A DNA stretch of 64,000 nucleotides from Candidatus Nomurabacteria bacterium (lineage in GTDB: Bacteria; Patescibacteriota; Minisyncoccia; Phycocordibacterales; SBAW01): NCBI GenBank assembly GCA_943349945.1, contig CALQZS010000002.1, forward strand, positions 115,750-179,749, in the 5' to 3' direction. Below, piece by piece: positions 36,926-46,689 of the stretch. A program made the position numbers and the translations under genes. How positions within the stretch are numbered: position 1 is the first letter of the stretch; each line of letters starts with the position of its first letter. The notes beneath the pieces are model-generated. The model was not told the origin of the DNA. It saw only the letters and a list, made by a program, of their open reading frames with translations, and did no database searches.

Positions 36926-39889
36926 ATGGCAATAACCCAAAAAATAAAGAAGCGGAACGGAGAAATAGTTGACTTTGTGCCGACCAATATCACCTTGGCA
37001 GTACAAAAGGCATTTGCCGCAACTTTGGGCGATGCGCATGAAGCAGATGCTGTGGACATCACACGGGTAGTGGTGGATTCGATAGACATGAAGTTTGGCA
37101 CTACGGCCTTTATCCCTACTGTCGAAGACATCCAGGACTTGGTAGAAAACGCACTGATGGAACGCGGCTACTTTGGCGTTGCAAAATCGTACATCATCTA
37201 CCGCTACGAGCACGACAAAATCCGCCAAGAGAAAAAACTCGAAGTGGCAGAAAAAATCACTGAAAACGCTCTTTTGATAACTAAACGCAACGGCTCTAGA
37301 GAAGCCTTTAGCGAGAGCAAGCTCACCCGCACACTGCTGCGCGCTGCAGAAGGGCTAGAGCGCGTCATTGACGTACCTTCAATTATTGGCCGCGTGCGCC
37401 AAGAAATGTACGACAGCATCAAAACAAAAGACATCCATGAGGTGCTTATTATGGTGGTGCGCTCTATGATCGAGCGCGACCCAGCGCACTCGAGTGTTGC
37501 AGCACGATTGTTGCTACAGTCGCTCTACCGCGACGTATTGGGCGAGATAGACTACACCAAATTGGAAGAGGCTCATAAAGAAGCTTTTGTCCGCACAATT
37601 AAACGCGGCGTCGAGATAGGCCAGTTTGACCCACAGATGCTCGAGTTTGACCTTGCTCGCCTTGCCGACACTTTAGTGGTCGAACGTGACCGCGACTTTA
37701 AATACTTGGGGCTCCAAACACTCCAAGCAAACTACCTCTCCAAAGAGCACGGCAGCCGCAAGCTTTTGGAGACTCCGCAGATATTCTGGATGCGCGTTGC
37801 TATGGGCTGTGCCTTGGCAGAAAAGACCCCTATGGAGCGCAACGCACAGGCGGTGGAGTTTTACGAGGTGATGTCTGCAATGTACTACACCCCAAGCTCC
37901 CCAACGCTCTATCACGCCGGGCTGATGAAGCCACAACTGTCTTCATGCTTCCTCAGCACCGTACCCGACGACTTGCATGCGATTTTTAAACAATACTCCG
38001 ACGGTGCACAGCTGCTTAAGTACGCAGGCGGTCTTGGCACCGACTGGACCCCAGTGCGCGCAACCGGCTCGCTAGTTAAGACAACCGGCGTCGAGAGCCA
38101 GGGCGTTATCCCCTTCCTTAAAATCGCCAACGACGTAACCATATCCATTAACCGCTCGGGCCGTCGTCGTGGCGCAGCCGCTGTGTACTTGGAGTATTGG
38201 CACGCCGACATCGAGGACTTTATCGAGCTGCGCAAAAACACCGGCGACGAGCGCCGCCGCGCACACGACCTCAACACGGCTGCCTGGATACCTGACCTGT
38301 TTATGAAGCGCTTAGCCGAAAACGGCTACTGGACGCTCTTTAGCCCGTCCGACGTGCCCGACCTGCACGACCTCTTTGGCCGTAAGTTTGAAGAGGCCTA
38401 CGTCCGCTACGAACAGTTGGCCGAAGAAGGTAAGATGCCGATGTTTAAAAAAATCCGCGCGGCAGACTTGTGGCGCAAGCACTTGACCATGCTCTTTGAA
38501 ACAGGGCACCCATGGATCACCTGGAAAGACCCTAGCAACATCCGATCTCCGCAAGACCATGTGGGCGTGGTGCACTCGAGCAACCTCTGCACCGAAATTA
38601 CTCTCAACACTTCTGCAAACGAGACAGCCGTGTGTAACCTCGGCAGCATCAACATGGCAAAGTTTGTGCAGGCAAGCGGCGCCTTTGACCGCGACTTGGT
38701 GGCCCGCATTGTGCCCGTTGCCATGCGCATGCTCGACAACGTTATCGACGTGAACTTCTACCCTACTGAAGACACGCGCCGCTCTAACATGCGCCACCGC
38801 CCAGTGGGACTGGGGCTCCGTGGGCTCCAAGACGCACTCTACAAAGCAAACATTACCTTTGACTCCGACGAGGCAGTGCGGTTTTCTGACGAAAGTATGG
38901 AGACAATTGCCTACCACACCATCCTGGCATCCGCATTGTTGGCAAAAGAGCGCGGCACGTACGAGACATACAAAGGCTCCAAGTGGGACCGTGGCATTTT
39001 GCCTCAAGACACACTGACCTTGCTCGAGCAAGAGCGCGGCGTGCGCATTGACGTGCCTCGGCACGAGACGCTCAACTGGCAGTTGGTGCGCGAGGCAGTG
39101 CGGCAATGGGGCATGCGCAACTCCAACACCATGGCAAACGCGCCAACCGCATCCACCGCAAACATCGCCGGCTGCTACCCTACTATTGAACCTATCTACA
39201 AAAACCTCTACGTGAAGTCCAACATGGCGGGCGACTTTATGATCGTCAACGAGTACCTGGTAGAGGACTTGAAAAAACTCGGCCTTTGGAGTATGGACAT
39301 GCTCGAGAAAATTAAGTTCTACGACGGCAGCGTGCAGCAGATAGACGAGATACCGCCTGCACTACGCGCAAAATACAAAGAGGCGTTCGAGATAGACCCG
39401 CAGTGGCTCGTTAAAGCAGCCGCATACCGTGGCCGCTGGATAGACCAGTCACAATCATTAAACATCTTCTACAGCGGTACCTCTGGCAAAGCGCTCTCCG
39501 AGATTTACCAGTACGCATGGGCACTGGGGCTCAAGACCACCTACTACCTACGTTCGATGGGCGCATCCCGCGTCGAAAAAGCGACCGTTAACATGCAGAA
39601 ATTTGGCGGCACATCCAAAACTGACGCGAGCGTAAGCAGCACCCCCGGCAGCGTACCGTCTACAATTATGGTTGAAGAGACAGTCACCGTAACTACCCTC
39701 AACACAGTGGCCACGCCGTCGCCCTTGATGATGAGTGCCACAGGGTATGTGTCTATGAGCACCGCACAAAAATCACAAACAGCAGAGGTGGTTGCACTCC
39801 AAGAGCCACGTCACGCAGAGGTTGCCTTTGACCTCCCCAAAAACAAGATAGAGGTGGTTGGCGAAGCGTGCGAGAGTTGCAGTGCGTAA
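36926..39889 (+). CDS. nrdA: Class I ribonucleotide reductase alpha subunit with two ATP cones
   Basis: Two KRNG cones, QLSSC, SNLCTE, APTAS, KTTYYLR, C-terminal CESC. Confidence 0.96.
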   Translation: MAITQKIKKRNGEIVDFVPTNITLAVQKAFAATLGDAHEADAVDITRVVVDSIDMKFGTTAFIPTVEDIQDLVENALMERGYFGVAKSYIIYRYEHDKIRQEKKLEVAEKITENALLITKRNGSREAFSESKLTRTLLRAAEGLERVIDVPSIIGRVRQEMYDSIKTKDIHEVLIMVVRSMIERDPAHSSVAARLLLQSLYRDVLGEIDYTKLEEAHKEAFVRTIKRGVEIGQFDPQMLEFDLARLADTLVVERDRDFKYLGLQTLQANYLSKEHGSRKLLETPQIFWMRVAMGCALAEKTPMERNAQAVEFYEVMSAMYYTPSSPTLYHAGLMKPQLSSCFLSTVPDDLHAIFKQYSDGAQLLKYAGGLGTDWTPVRATGSLVKTTGVESQGVIPFLKIANDVTISINRSGRRRGAAAVYLEYWHADIEDFIELRKNTGDERRRAHDLNTAAWIPDLFMKRLAENGYWTLFSPSDVPDLHDLFGRKFEEAYVRYEQLAEEGKMPMFKKIRAADLWRKHLTMLFETGHPWITWKDPSNIRSPQDHVGVVHSSNLCTEITLNTSANETAVCNLGSINMAKFVQASGAFDRDLVARIVPVAMRMLDNVIDVNFYPTEDTRRSNMRHRPVGLGLRGLQDALYKANITFDSDEAVRFSDESMETIAYHTILASALLAKERGTYETYKGSKWDRGILPQDTLTLLEQERGVRIDVPRHETLNWQLVREAVRQWGMRNSNTMANAPTASTANIAGCYPTIEPIYKNLYVKSNMAGDFMIVNEYLVEDLKKLGLWSMDMLEKIKFYDGSVQQIDEIPPALRAKYKEAFEIDPQWLVKAAAYRGRWIDQSQSLNIFYSGTSGKALSEIYQYAWALGLKTTYYLRSMGASRVEKATVNMQKFGGTSKTDASVSSTPGSVPSTIMVEETVTVTTLNTVATPSPLMMSATGYVSMSTAQKSQTAEVVALQEPRHAEVAFDLPKNKIEVVGEACESCSA

Positions 39890-40358
39890 AGTGCCCGTTC
39901 ATTGATAACTTAAAAAACGAAAACTCCTTCTCGAAAGGTCGAAAAGGAGTCTCGCTCAGAAGAATTTGAGGTCTGAGCAGAGGAAGTAACGCTACAAATC
40001 TAACTAGTAATGGCGCAATATACCTCCAAAGACTACGTACGTAGCTTATTTTACTAGTTAGCGCTGTTGCTTCCTCTACCAAGCTCTCAAAGATCACCCA
40101 ACGCTGGGTACTTAAAGTATACAAAATAGCTCCCAGTTTCAACCGAAAAGCTATCCACAGTACTCTAAAAAGAAACCGTCCTGGCCAATCAGAGCTCAAC
40201 GTAAAGCTTTTTCTGTCTCTTGTACTTTTCGTATTTAGTTTTCGGATAATGACCATCCGAGGCTACAGACGTCAACAAAGGTAGAAATCGCGCCAATCCC
40301 CGGAGGAATTGACGCGACTGTTGTGAGAGCGGGAGCCAAAGCTACGGCTAGCACCCTC

Positions 40359-40607
40359 TCACGAAAGACTGTTGATCCAAGTCGCGATGGCGCGCGCCTC
40401 AGCAACATGCTGATGTGAAAAGCGCGAAAACGTTTCTTGGCCTGCCAGATACACCAGCATCATGTCCTTCAGTTGAGGTACATGATTATCTGACATACGC
40501 GCGCCCGTCTTTAGCATAAGACGGATCATGCTCGCAAACGCAGGCATTGCTGCCTCTCCCTGGTTGCCCATAGCTTCCAGAGCCTGATGTGCCGAGAGGA
40601 TTTGCAT
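40359..40607 (-). CDS. Orphan protein inserted between nrdA and nrdB
   Basis: GGAG SD, TTGACA...TGaTACAAT promoter (~40639-40667), downstream hairpins. Confidence 0.65.
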   Translation of the reverse strand: MQILSAHQALEAMGNQGEAAMPAFASMIRLMLKTGARMSDNHVPQLKDMMLVYLAGQETFSRFSHQHVAEARAIATWINSLS

Positions 40608-40786
40608 ATCTATAATCTCCTGGGGAACTTTCCCCCTAATTGTATCATATATATAAATATCTGTCAATCCCCTATACAGCCCACAAAAACAGAGGTTCTG
40701 TGCTGAAAAACCTTGTCCATTGCCCACCCCGTCGATACAATAAAGAGGTATTAAAAATAAACTTTTATTTGCTCACTCACTAGATT

Positions 40787-41779
40787 ATGGGAATCATCAA
40801 CGGCTCATCAACGACAGATCCAAACAAAATCCTCCCTATGAAGTACCCATGGGCGCGTACGCACTACAAAAAAGGCGTGGCCAACAACTGGGTGCCAGAA
40901 GAGGTGTCTATGCAGCAAGATGTCGAGCTGTGGAAGAAAGCTGGCGCACTGTCCGAAGATGAGCGTCGCATGATCTTGTGGAATCTTGGGTTTTTCTCGA
41001 CAGCAGAGTCGCTGACCGCCAACAACTTGGTGTTGGCCATTTACCGCCACATCACCAACCCCGAGGCGCGGCAGTACATACTTCGCCAGTCGTACGAAGA
41101 GGCGGTGCACACCGACACCTTCATCTACTGCTGCGACACGCTGGGCCTCAACCCCGACGAGATCTACAACATGTACCAGACCATCCCCTCTATCAAAGAA
41201 AAGGATGACTTTGTTGTAGAGATGACAAAGTCGGTGTTTGACCCAAGCTTTACGACCGAAGGCACCGAGAATATCCAAAAATTTGTGCACGACCTGGTGG
41301 GCTACTACGTAATTATGGAGGGCATCTTCTTTTACGCGGGCTTTGCCATGATGTTGTCGATGTTGCGCAAAAACCGCATGGTGGGTATTGGCGAGCAATT
41401 CCAGTTTATCCTCCGCGACGAGTCGGTACACTTGGCCTTTGGCGCAGACCTTATAAACACTATTGTGCAAGAAAATCCGCAAATCTGGACTCCTGAATTT
41501 AAAAAGACCCTTGTCGAGAACATTGTCCGCGGTACCGAGCTAGAGAAAAAATATGCAGACGATGCGTTGCCACGAGGCATCTTGGGGCTGACCCCCGGCT
41601 CTGTAAAGCAGTATGTCGAGCACGTTGCCGACCGCCGCCTAGAGCGCATCGGGCTGGAGCGCCAGTACCACAAAGACAATCCCTTCCCTTGGATGTCGGA
41701 GATTATGGATGTGCCAAAAGAGAAAAACTTCTTCGAAACCCGCGTGACGGAATATAAGACTGGAGAACTCGACTGGTAA
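40787..41779 (+). CDS. nrdB: Ribonucleotide reductase beta subunit
   Basis: EEAVHTDTF, EGIFFY, RDESVH, NFFETRVTEY. Confidence 0.96.
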   Translation: MGIINGSSTTDPNKILPMKYPWARTHYKKGVANNWVPEEVSMQQDVELWKKAGALSEDERRMILWNLGFFSTAESLTANNLVLAIYRHITNPEARQYILRQSYEEAVHTDTFIYCCDTLGLNPDEIYNMYQTIPSIKEKDDFVVEMTKSVFDPSFTTEGTENIQKFVHDLVGYYVIMEGIFFYAGFAMMLSMLRKNRMVGIGEQFQFILRDESVHLAFGADLINTIVQENPQIWTPEFKKTLVENIVRGTELEKKYADDALPRGILGLTPGSVKQYVEHVADRRLERIGLERQYHKDNPFPWMSEIMDVPKEKNFFETRVTEYKTGELDW

Positions 41780-41836
41780 GAAAAAGACTCTTCTATAAAA
41801 AATTAAGGGCGACACCAGTTGGTGTCGCCCTTTTGG

Positions 41837-42226
41837 TCAATTGCCCAGAGCAAGTGGGTATTTCCGCACGAACTCTCTGCCCTTCTCACGGGCGACTTCG
41901 AGCTGGCGATGTGCCCGATTGTTATCCGCCGACTGCACAGATCTGTACGCAGCATTTTGCGTGTCGGCGATGTAGCTGGCCATCGCGCCCTGCAGTCCAA
42001 CTTGCCTAGCATTCTCGAACATGGTGTCCACCATGTCGATCATTTCGACGCACTCACGCTGTTGGTTCAGCGTATATGCATCGCAGCCGCGACGCAGTTC
42101 TTGTACATATGTAGTGCTCATCACCGGCTCAACTGTGCCGTTTATGCGAATTGTCGACTCCCGCGCTTGCACGGAGAGAGTCAGAACAGCAGCAAAGATA
42201 AGCCCAAACAGAACACGAGCAAACAT
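41837..42226 (-). CDS. Secreted orphan protein
   Basis: Signal peptide MFARVLFGLIFAAVLTLSVQA; lies behind the duplicated promoter. Confidence 0.7.
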   Translation of the reverse strand: MFARVLFGLIFAAVLTLSVQARESTIRINGTVEPVMSTTYVQELRRGCDAYTLNQQRECVEMIDMVDTMFENARQVGLQGAMASYIADTQNAAYRSVQSADNNRAHRQLEVAREKGREFVRKYPLALGN

Positions 42227-42260
42227 GTTGTCCCCCAATCAAAGAGCGTTTCAGTTCGGA

Positions 42261-42351
42261 TTTAATTATACTCCAAAATACAGATTGTGTCAATAGCTAT
42301 GCTCAGGGCTCTATTTAAGGCTCTTTCCGACCTCGTAGTCCCCTACCTTGG
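42261..42351. repeat. 91-bp direct repeat, copy 1 (truB 3'-end remnant plus promoter)
   Basis: 80/91 identical to 43167-43257 by manual alignment. Confidence 0.93.
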
Positions 42352-42421
42352 AAACCCGCGGGACAAAGTCTAAAAACGGAATAAGTTGATTAGTAAAAGA
42401 ATCTGGGTGTATATTTAAGGC

Positions 42422-42691
42422 ATGAGCGAGCAACTCTCAAAACTAGAGAAGAGTGTGGAGGATGTTCTTGAGATTGTCGTATCCATGAAAGACTACATGG
42501 AGAAAAATCTTGTAACAAAAGCCGAATTATCTGAAGAACTTAATTCTTTAGAAAAAAGAATAGATGTTCGTTTTGAAGAAGTAAACAGCAAAATCGATGG
42601 CTTGGGCCGTCGCATCGACAACGAGGTAGAAAATCGCGCACAAATAGAGACACGTGTGCGGAAAGTAGAGGAAGCAGTCTTTCCTGTATAA
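42422..42691 (+). CDS. Small coiled-coil protein
   Basis: Heptad-rich 89 aa in an AT-rich segment. Confidence 0.75.
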   Translation: MSEQLSKLEKSVEDVLEIVVSMKDYMEKNLVTKAELSEELNSLEKRIDVRFEEVNSKIDGLGRRIDNEVENRAQIETRVRKVEEAVFPV

Positions 42692-42715
42692 ACACACAAG
42701 TCAGACTTGTGTGTT
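42691..42715. repeat. REP-like palindrome
   Basis: AACACACAAGTC-A-GACTTGTGTGTT; 17-nt core identical to 30438-30454. Confidence 0.8.
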
Positions 42716-42800
42716 GTGGGTGTTTAAAATAGCAAAACCCCTACATCATCTGTGTGTAGGGGTTCCCGTTAGAGGCTATTCGGGTGAGCCTTGGAGGTTT

Positions 42801-43121
42801 TTAGACGACCACAGTCTTCTTTGTGATTATCTGCATGTCAATGAGGTGAGTAGGCTCTCCACTGTCTGCCTTCATTGCTTGGCAAATTTTACTTACGCAC
42901 GCCTCGAAGGCGTGTAGTTGACTCTCCTTCAAGATCAGCTCCCTTGACTGAAGGTACTCCCCTGGCGTTTGCCAGAAAAAGACCAATTGACCGTTGCGCC
43001 ACGGATTGTGTTCCATGGCTTTCGCCAATAAAGCTCGCGCAACACTTTCATTGCGGGCGTTATTGCCCCAACTCAAAATGGAAACAGTGACAACATATGA
43101 AGAATCAGATGTGGTGCTCAC
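42801..43121 (-). CDS. Orphan protein
   Basis: AGGAGG SD before a GTG; lies behind the duplicated promoter. Confidence 0.65.
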   Translation of the reverse strand: MSTTSDSSYVVTVSILSWGNNARNESVARALLAKAMEHNPWRNGQLVFFWQTPGEYLQSRELILKESQLHAFEACVSKICQAMKADSGEPTHLIDMQIITKKTVVV

Positions 43122-43166
43122 TGAGCAACCTCCTATATGGGAAAGAGCTTGATTACCCTTATCCTC

Positions 43167-43257
43167 TTTAATTATACTCCAAAATACGGAACGTGTCAAT
43201 AGTTATGCTCGAGGCTCTATTTAAGGCTTTTGGAGACCTCGTAGTCCCCTACTTTGG
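43167..43257. repeat. 91-bp direct repeat, copy 2 (intact truB end plus promoter)
   Basis: Matches 42261-42351; minus strand carries TTGACA-N17-TATAAT. Confidence 0.93.
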
Positions 43258-44035
43258 TGCGCAAAATGTGTAGTGCCAGTGCGGGGACACCCAGGTCTTG
43301 GCCCATACCATGGGCAATAGAGCGCGCGTACGTGCCGCTCGAGCACGAGAGTTTGATGGTCGCGCAGGGGAACTCACGGTCGCCGTCTTTGCGCAAGTTG
43401 CGGTGCCACAGCCGCAAGATTTCTTCTTGGCGAAAGTCGCCAGTAATTTTTTCTATACTGGTTTCAATATACTGCAACAGCGTAGCTTCTTTTATTTTAT
43501 ACATACCCTCGAGGCTGATGTCGTACACGGTCACCGTCTTGCGCGGCAAGACCAACGCACCAAGCATCCCCGAGCGCGCCCACTCGAACAAAGACTTACC
43601 TTCTACTGTTTTGGATGAAAACGGCGGATACTCCTGAGACACTTGCCCGCGAAACTGGTTAAGCTCTCGCTCGACTACTTTTTTGTTTATCGACGCCGCA
43701 TCACCCGTCTCCATCACCCGACCCAACAGGTCGTACGTATCGGTAGAAAATCCAAACAACACATCAAACACATACTCTTTGCTCATGTCTAAATATGCGT
43801 CGCGCATTTTGTTTGCCGAACCCACAAGCGTGATCATCACCCCCTCGGCCATAGGGTCGAGGCGACCTGCGTAGGAGAGCACCTCGTGCATATACTCGGG
43901 CTTTTGTGTGCGTAGGCGCTCTAGGCGCTCGCGCGGCGTCTCCCCCGCTTGTTTGTAGAGGTTAAGCACCTTGCCGCCCACGGTGCGCGGGGTGACCATA
44001 GGGTCTTTGGGAGTGTGACTGTTATCTCTATCCAT
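43217..44035 (-). CDS. truB: tRNA pseudouridine synthase TruB family
   Basis: YAGRLDPMAEG, GFSTDTYD, PPFSS, CSSGTYARS motifs. Confidence 0.88.
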   Translation of the reverse strand: MDRDNSHTPKDPMVTPRTVGGKVLNLYKQAGETPRERLERLRTQKPEYMHEVLSYAGRLDPMAEGVMITLVGSANKMRDAYLDMSKEYVFDVLFGFSTDTYDLLGRVMETGDAASINKKVVERELNQFRGQVSQEYPPFSSKTVEGKSLFEWARSGMLGALVLPRKTVTVYDISLEGMYKIKEATLLQYIETSIEKITGDFRQEEILRLWHRNLRKDGDREFPCATIKLSCSSGTYARSIAHGMGQDLGVPALALHILRTKVGDYEVSKSLK

Positions 44036-44054
44036 TTCTGCTAGAATACAGAAG

Positions 44055-45302
44055 ATGAGCAAAAAAGAGAAGCTTTCTGTCGAGTCATACAAAGGGGTGC
44101 GCGACTTCTACCCTGCCGACCAAGCATTTTTAAACTATCTTTTGGCGACATACCGCGCTGTGGCCGAGCGCATGGGGTACGTCGAGTACCACGCATCCGT
44201 GCTCGAACCAGCAGAACTATACAAATCAAAAGGCGCCGACAATGAAGAGTTGGTGAACGAACAGACCTACACCTTTGTCGACCGGGGTGGCCGCGAGGTT
44301 ACGCTTCGCCCCGAGATGACGCCCACCGTAGCCCGCATGGTTTCGGCCAAGCGCCGCGAGCTGGGCTTCCCCTTGCGCCTGTTTTCTATACCCAACGTCT
44401 TTCGCTACGAGCGCCCACAGCGCGGCCGTCTGCGCGAGCACTGGCAGCTTAACGTCGACCTCTTTGGCTCGCCATCTTTGGCTGCAGACGCCGAGGTGAT
44501 TGCGGTGGCGCACACGCTGATGAAAGAGTTCGGCGCAGAGGACAAAGATTTTGTCATCAAATTGGGTAGCCGTACGTTTTTAAACACGCTCATGGACACC
44601 TACGCTTTGGGCGACGAGGCGCGTATGCGCTTTTTGGGCCTACTCGACCGTCGGGCAAAAATGCCTGCAGAGGAGTTTGCTGCGGCACTAGGGGAAATGA
44701 ATGTGCCTTTGGATGCACTGTCTGCAGACACCGCACCAGCAGATGTAGCCGAAGTGCTCGACCTACTTGCAACACTTGGTATCCAAAACGCCGTATTTGA
44801 CCCAAGCATTGTCCGCGGATTTGCCTACTACAGCGGCATGGTGTTTGAGGTATTCGACACGCACCCCGAAAATAATCGCGCACTCTTTGGTGGCGGACGC
44901 TACGACAACCTTACCTCCCTCTTTGATGATGAACCAATAACGGGCGTTGGGTTTGGTATGGGCGATGTCACTATGCACGACTTTTTGTCGGTACGGGGCC
45001 TCTTGCCCGCCTACATCCCACCCACCAAGCTCTACGTAGCAGTGGCAGATAAAGAAATGGTGCCACATGCACTGAGCATAGCCGCAGACCTGCGCGCACA
45101 AGGTGTTGCCACGGCGGTCGATTTTGGCGACAAAAAGCTCTCCGACCAAATTAAGGCGGCCACCAAGCACAGCATCCCCTACTTGCTTGTAGTGGGCTCA
45201 AACGAAGTAACCTCCGGCACGTTTGTGGTGCGCGACCTCGCCTCCGGCACCGAAGAGTCGCTCAAGCGCGCAGAGCTCTCTGCATTTTTCCTTAACCTCT
45301 AA
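44055..45302 (+). CDS. hisS: Histidyl-tRNA synthetase
   Basis: KGVRDF, LRPEMT, FRYERPQRGRLRE, RGFAYY, GGGRYD motifs. Confidence 0.97.
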   Translation: MSKKEKLSVESYKGVRDFYPADQAFLNYLLATYRAVAERMGYVEYHASVLEPAELYKSKGADNEELVNEQTYTFVDRGGREVTLRPEMTPTVARMVSAKRRELGFPLRLFSIPNVFRYERPQRGRLREHWQLNVDLFGSPSLAADAEVIAVAHTLMKEFGAEDKDFVIKLGSRTFLNTLMDTYALGDEARMRFLGLLDRRAKMPAEEFAAALGEMNVPLDALSADTAPADVAEVLDLLATLGIQNAVFDPSIVRGFAYYSGMVFEVFDTHPENNRALFGGGRYDNLTSLFDDEPITGVGFGMGDVTMHDFLSVRGLLPAYIPPTKLYVAVADKEMVPHALSIAADLRAQGVATAVDFGDKKLSDQIKAATKHSIPYLLVVGSNEVTSGTFVVRDLASGTEESLKRAELSAFFLNL

Positions 45303-45307
45303 CCTCT

Positions 45308-45901
45308 ATGTCAGCAGCACCAAAAATGCGCCGTATTGTCTTTGATATTGAAACAACCGGACAGATGAACGGCGGCAGTATCGACTTTACTAACCAAGAG
45401 CTCACTATTGTCTGTATCTACGACTCCTACACAGGCGAATACTCGAGCTATCTTAAAGAAGAGCTGCCAAAGCTGTGGGGCATTTTGGAGCGTGCCGACA
45501 TGTTGGTGGGCTACAACTCCGACCACTTCGACATTCCCATACTCAACAAATACTACCCCGGCGACCTAACCCAAATAAAAAGCCTCGACCTCCTTAAAGA
45601 GGTGCGCGCGGTGTTGGGCCGTCGGCTCAAGATGGATAACCTTGCCGCAGCAACGCTTGGTGTAGGCAAAATAGCCAGCGGCCTGGATGCTGTTAAATGG
45701 TGGCAAGAGGGCAATATAGAAAAACTGCGCGAGTACTGCCTCGACGACGTGCGGGTTACCAAAGAATTGTACGACTATGCCAAAAAGCACAAATCACTCA
45801 AATATAAAGACTTCGACGGCGTGCGCGAAATAAAGATAAACCCATCCAACTGGGAGACCGCAGAAGACTCCCCCGCCCTAAACCACACCCTGCCATTTTA
45901 A
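45308..45901 (+). CDS. RNase H-like DEDD exonuclease (YprB-like)
   Basis: FDIET, VGYNSDHFD, YCLDDV motifs. Confidence 0.85.
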   Translation: MSAAPKMRRIVFDIETTGQMNGGSIDFTNQELTIVCIYDSYTGEYSSYLKEELPKLWGILERADMLVGYNSDHFDIPILNKYYPGDLTQIKSLDLLKEVRAVLGRRLKMDNLAAATLGVGKIASGLDAVKWWQEGNIEKLREYCLDDVRVTKELYDYAKKHKSLKYKDFDGVREIKINPSNWETAEDSPALNHTLPF

Positions 45902-45965
45902 TTCTTGCAAGGGTGTGGGCCATGTTATACTGACTTCCAAGCAGCTAATTAACCATCCAGAATAT

Positions 45966-46685
45966 ATGCAATCTTCATACGTACTCCCTATAACCATCGT
46001 GGTCGCAGGCGCACTAATAGCCGGTGCAGTGTTTTTTGTAGGCAAAAACAACACCCCAGGCAACACAGACGGCACTGCAAAGACAGACGTCCGTGCCTAT
46101 GACCCATCACTCGACCATATTTTGGGTAATCCAAACGCCGCAGTTAAGGTGGTTGAGTACGCAGACCTAGAGTGCCCCTACTGCAAAACCTTCCACACCA
46201 CCATGCACCAAATCATGGACCACTACGGCACCTCGGGCGACGTTGCATGGATATACCGCCACTTCCCCCTCGGACAGCTCCACTCTAAAGCACCGCAAGA
46301 AGCAGCCGCAGCAGAGTGTGCCGCAGACCAAGGAGGCGACGTCGCATTCTACAAATACATAGACAAAGTCTACGAAGTTACCCCAAGCAGCAATGGTCTC
46401 GATTTAGCTCAGCTCCCTGTCTTGGCCGGGCAAATTGGACTCGATGTTGAAGTCTTTACCCAGTGCCTCTCGAGCGGCAAGTTTGCTAAAAAGGTACAAA
46501 ATAGCTATGACGAAGCCATAGCCGCAGGCGGCCAAGGCACCCCACACGTCATCATCATGGTAGGCAACGACTCGGTTACGCTCCAAGGCTCACAGCCATA
46601 CGACTCTATGCGCGCAGCCATAGACGCAGTGCTCGGCCAAGTAACTACCCCTGCCCCAGCAGCTACTGCAACCACCACACAGTAA
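45966..46685 (+). CDS. DsbA-family thiol-disulfide oxidoreductase
   Basis: N-terminal TM, CPYC, RHFPL, GTP. Confidence 0.92.
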   Translation: MQSSYVLPITIVVAGALIAGAVFFVGKNNTPGNTDGTAKTDVRAYDPSLDHILGNPNAAVKVVEYADLECPYCKTFHTTMHQIMDHYGTSGDVAWIYRHFPLGQLHSKAPQEAAAAECAADQGGDVAFYKYIDKVYEVTPSSNGLDLAQLPVLAGQIGLDVEVFTQCLSSGKFAKKVQNSYDEAIAAGGQGTPHVIIMVGNDSVTLQGSQPYDSMRAAIDAVLGQVTTPAPAATATTTQ

Positions 46686-46689
46686 CTTT

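Noticed and set aside
36926..39889. Intein or intron in nrdA
   Set aside because: The extra length is explained by two ATP cones and the C-terminal linker; no intein splice motifs seen.
39753..40256. 167-aa minus-strand ORF as a confident gene
   Set aside because: It overlaps the nrdA 3' end by 137 bp and has no motif or clear SD; possibly a remnant.
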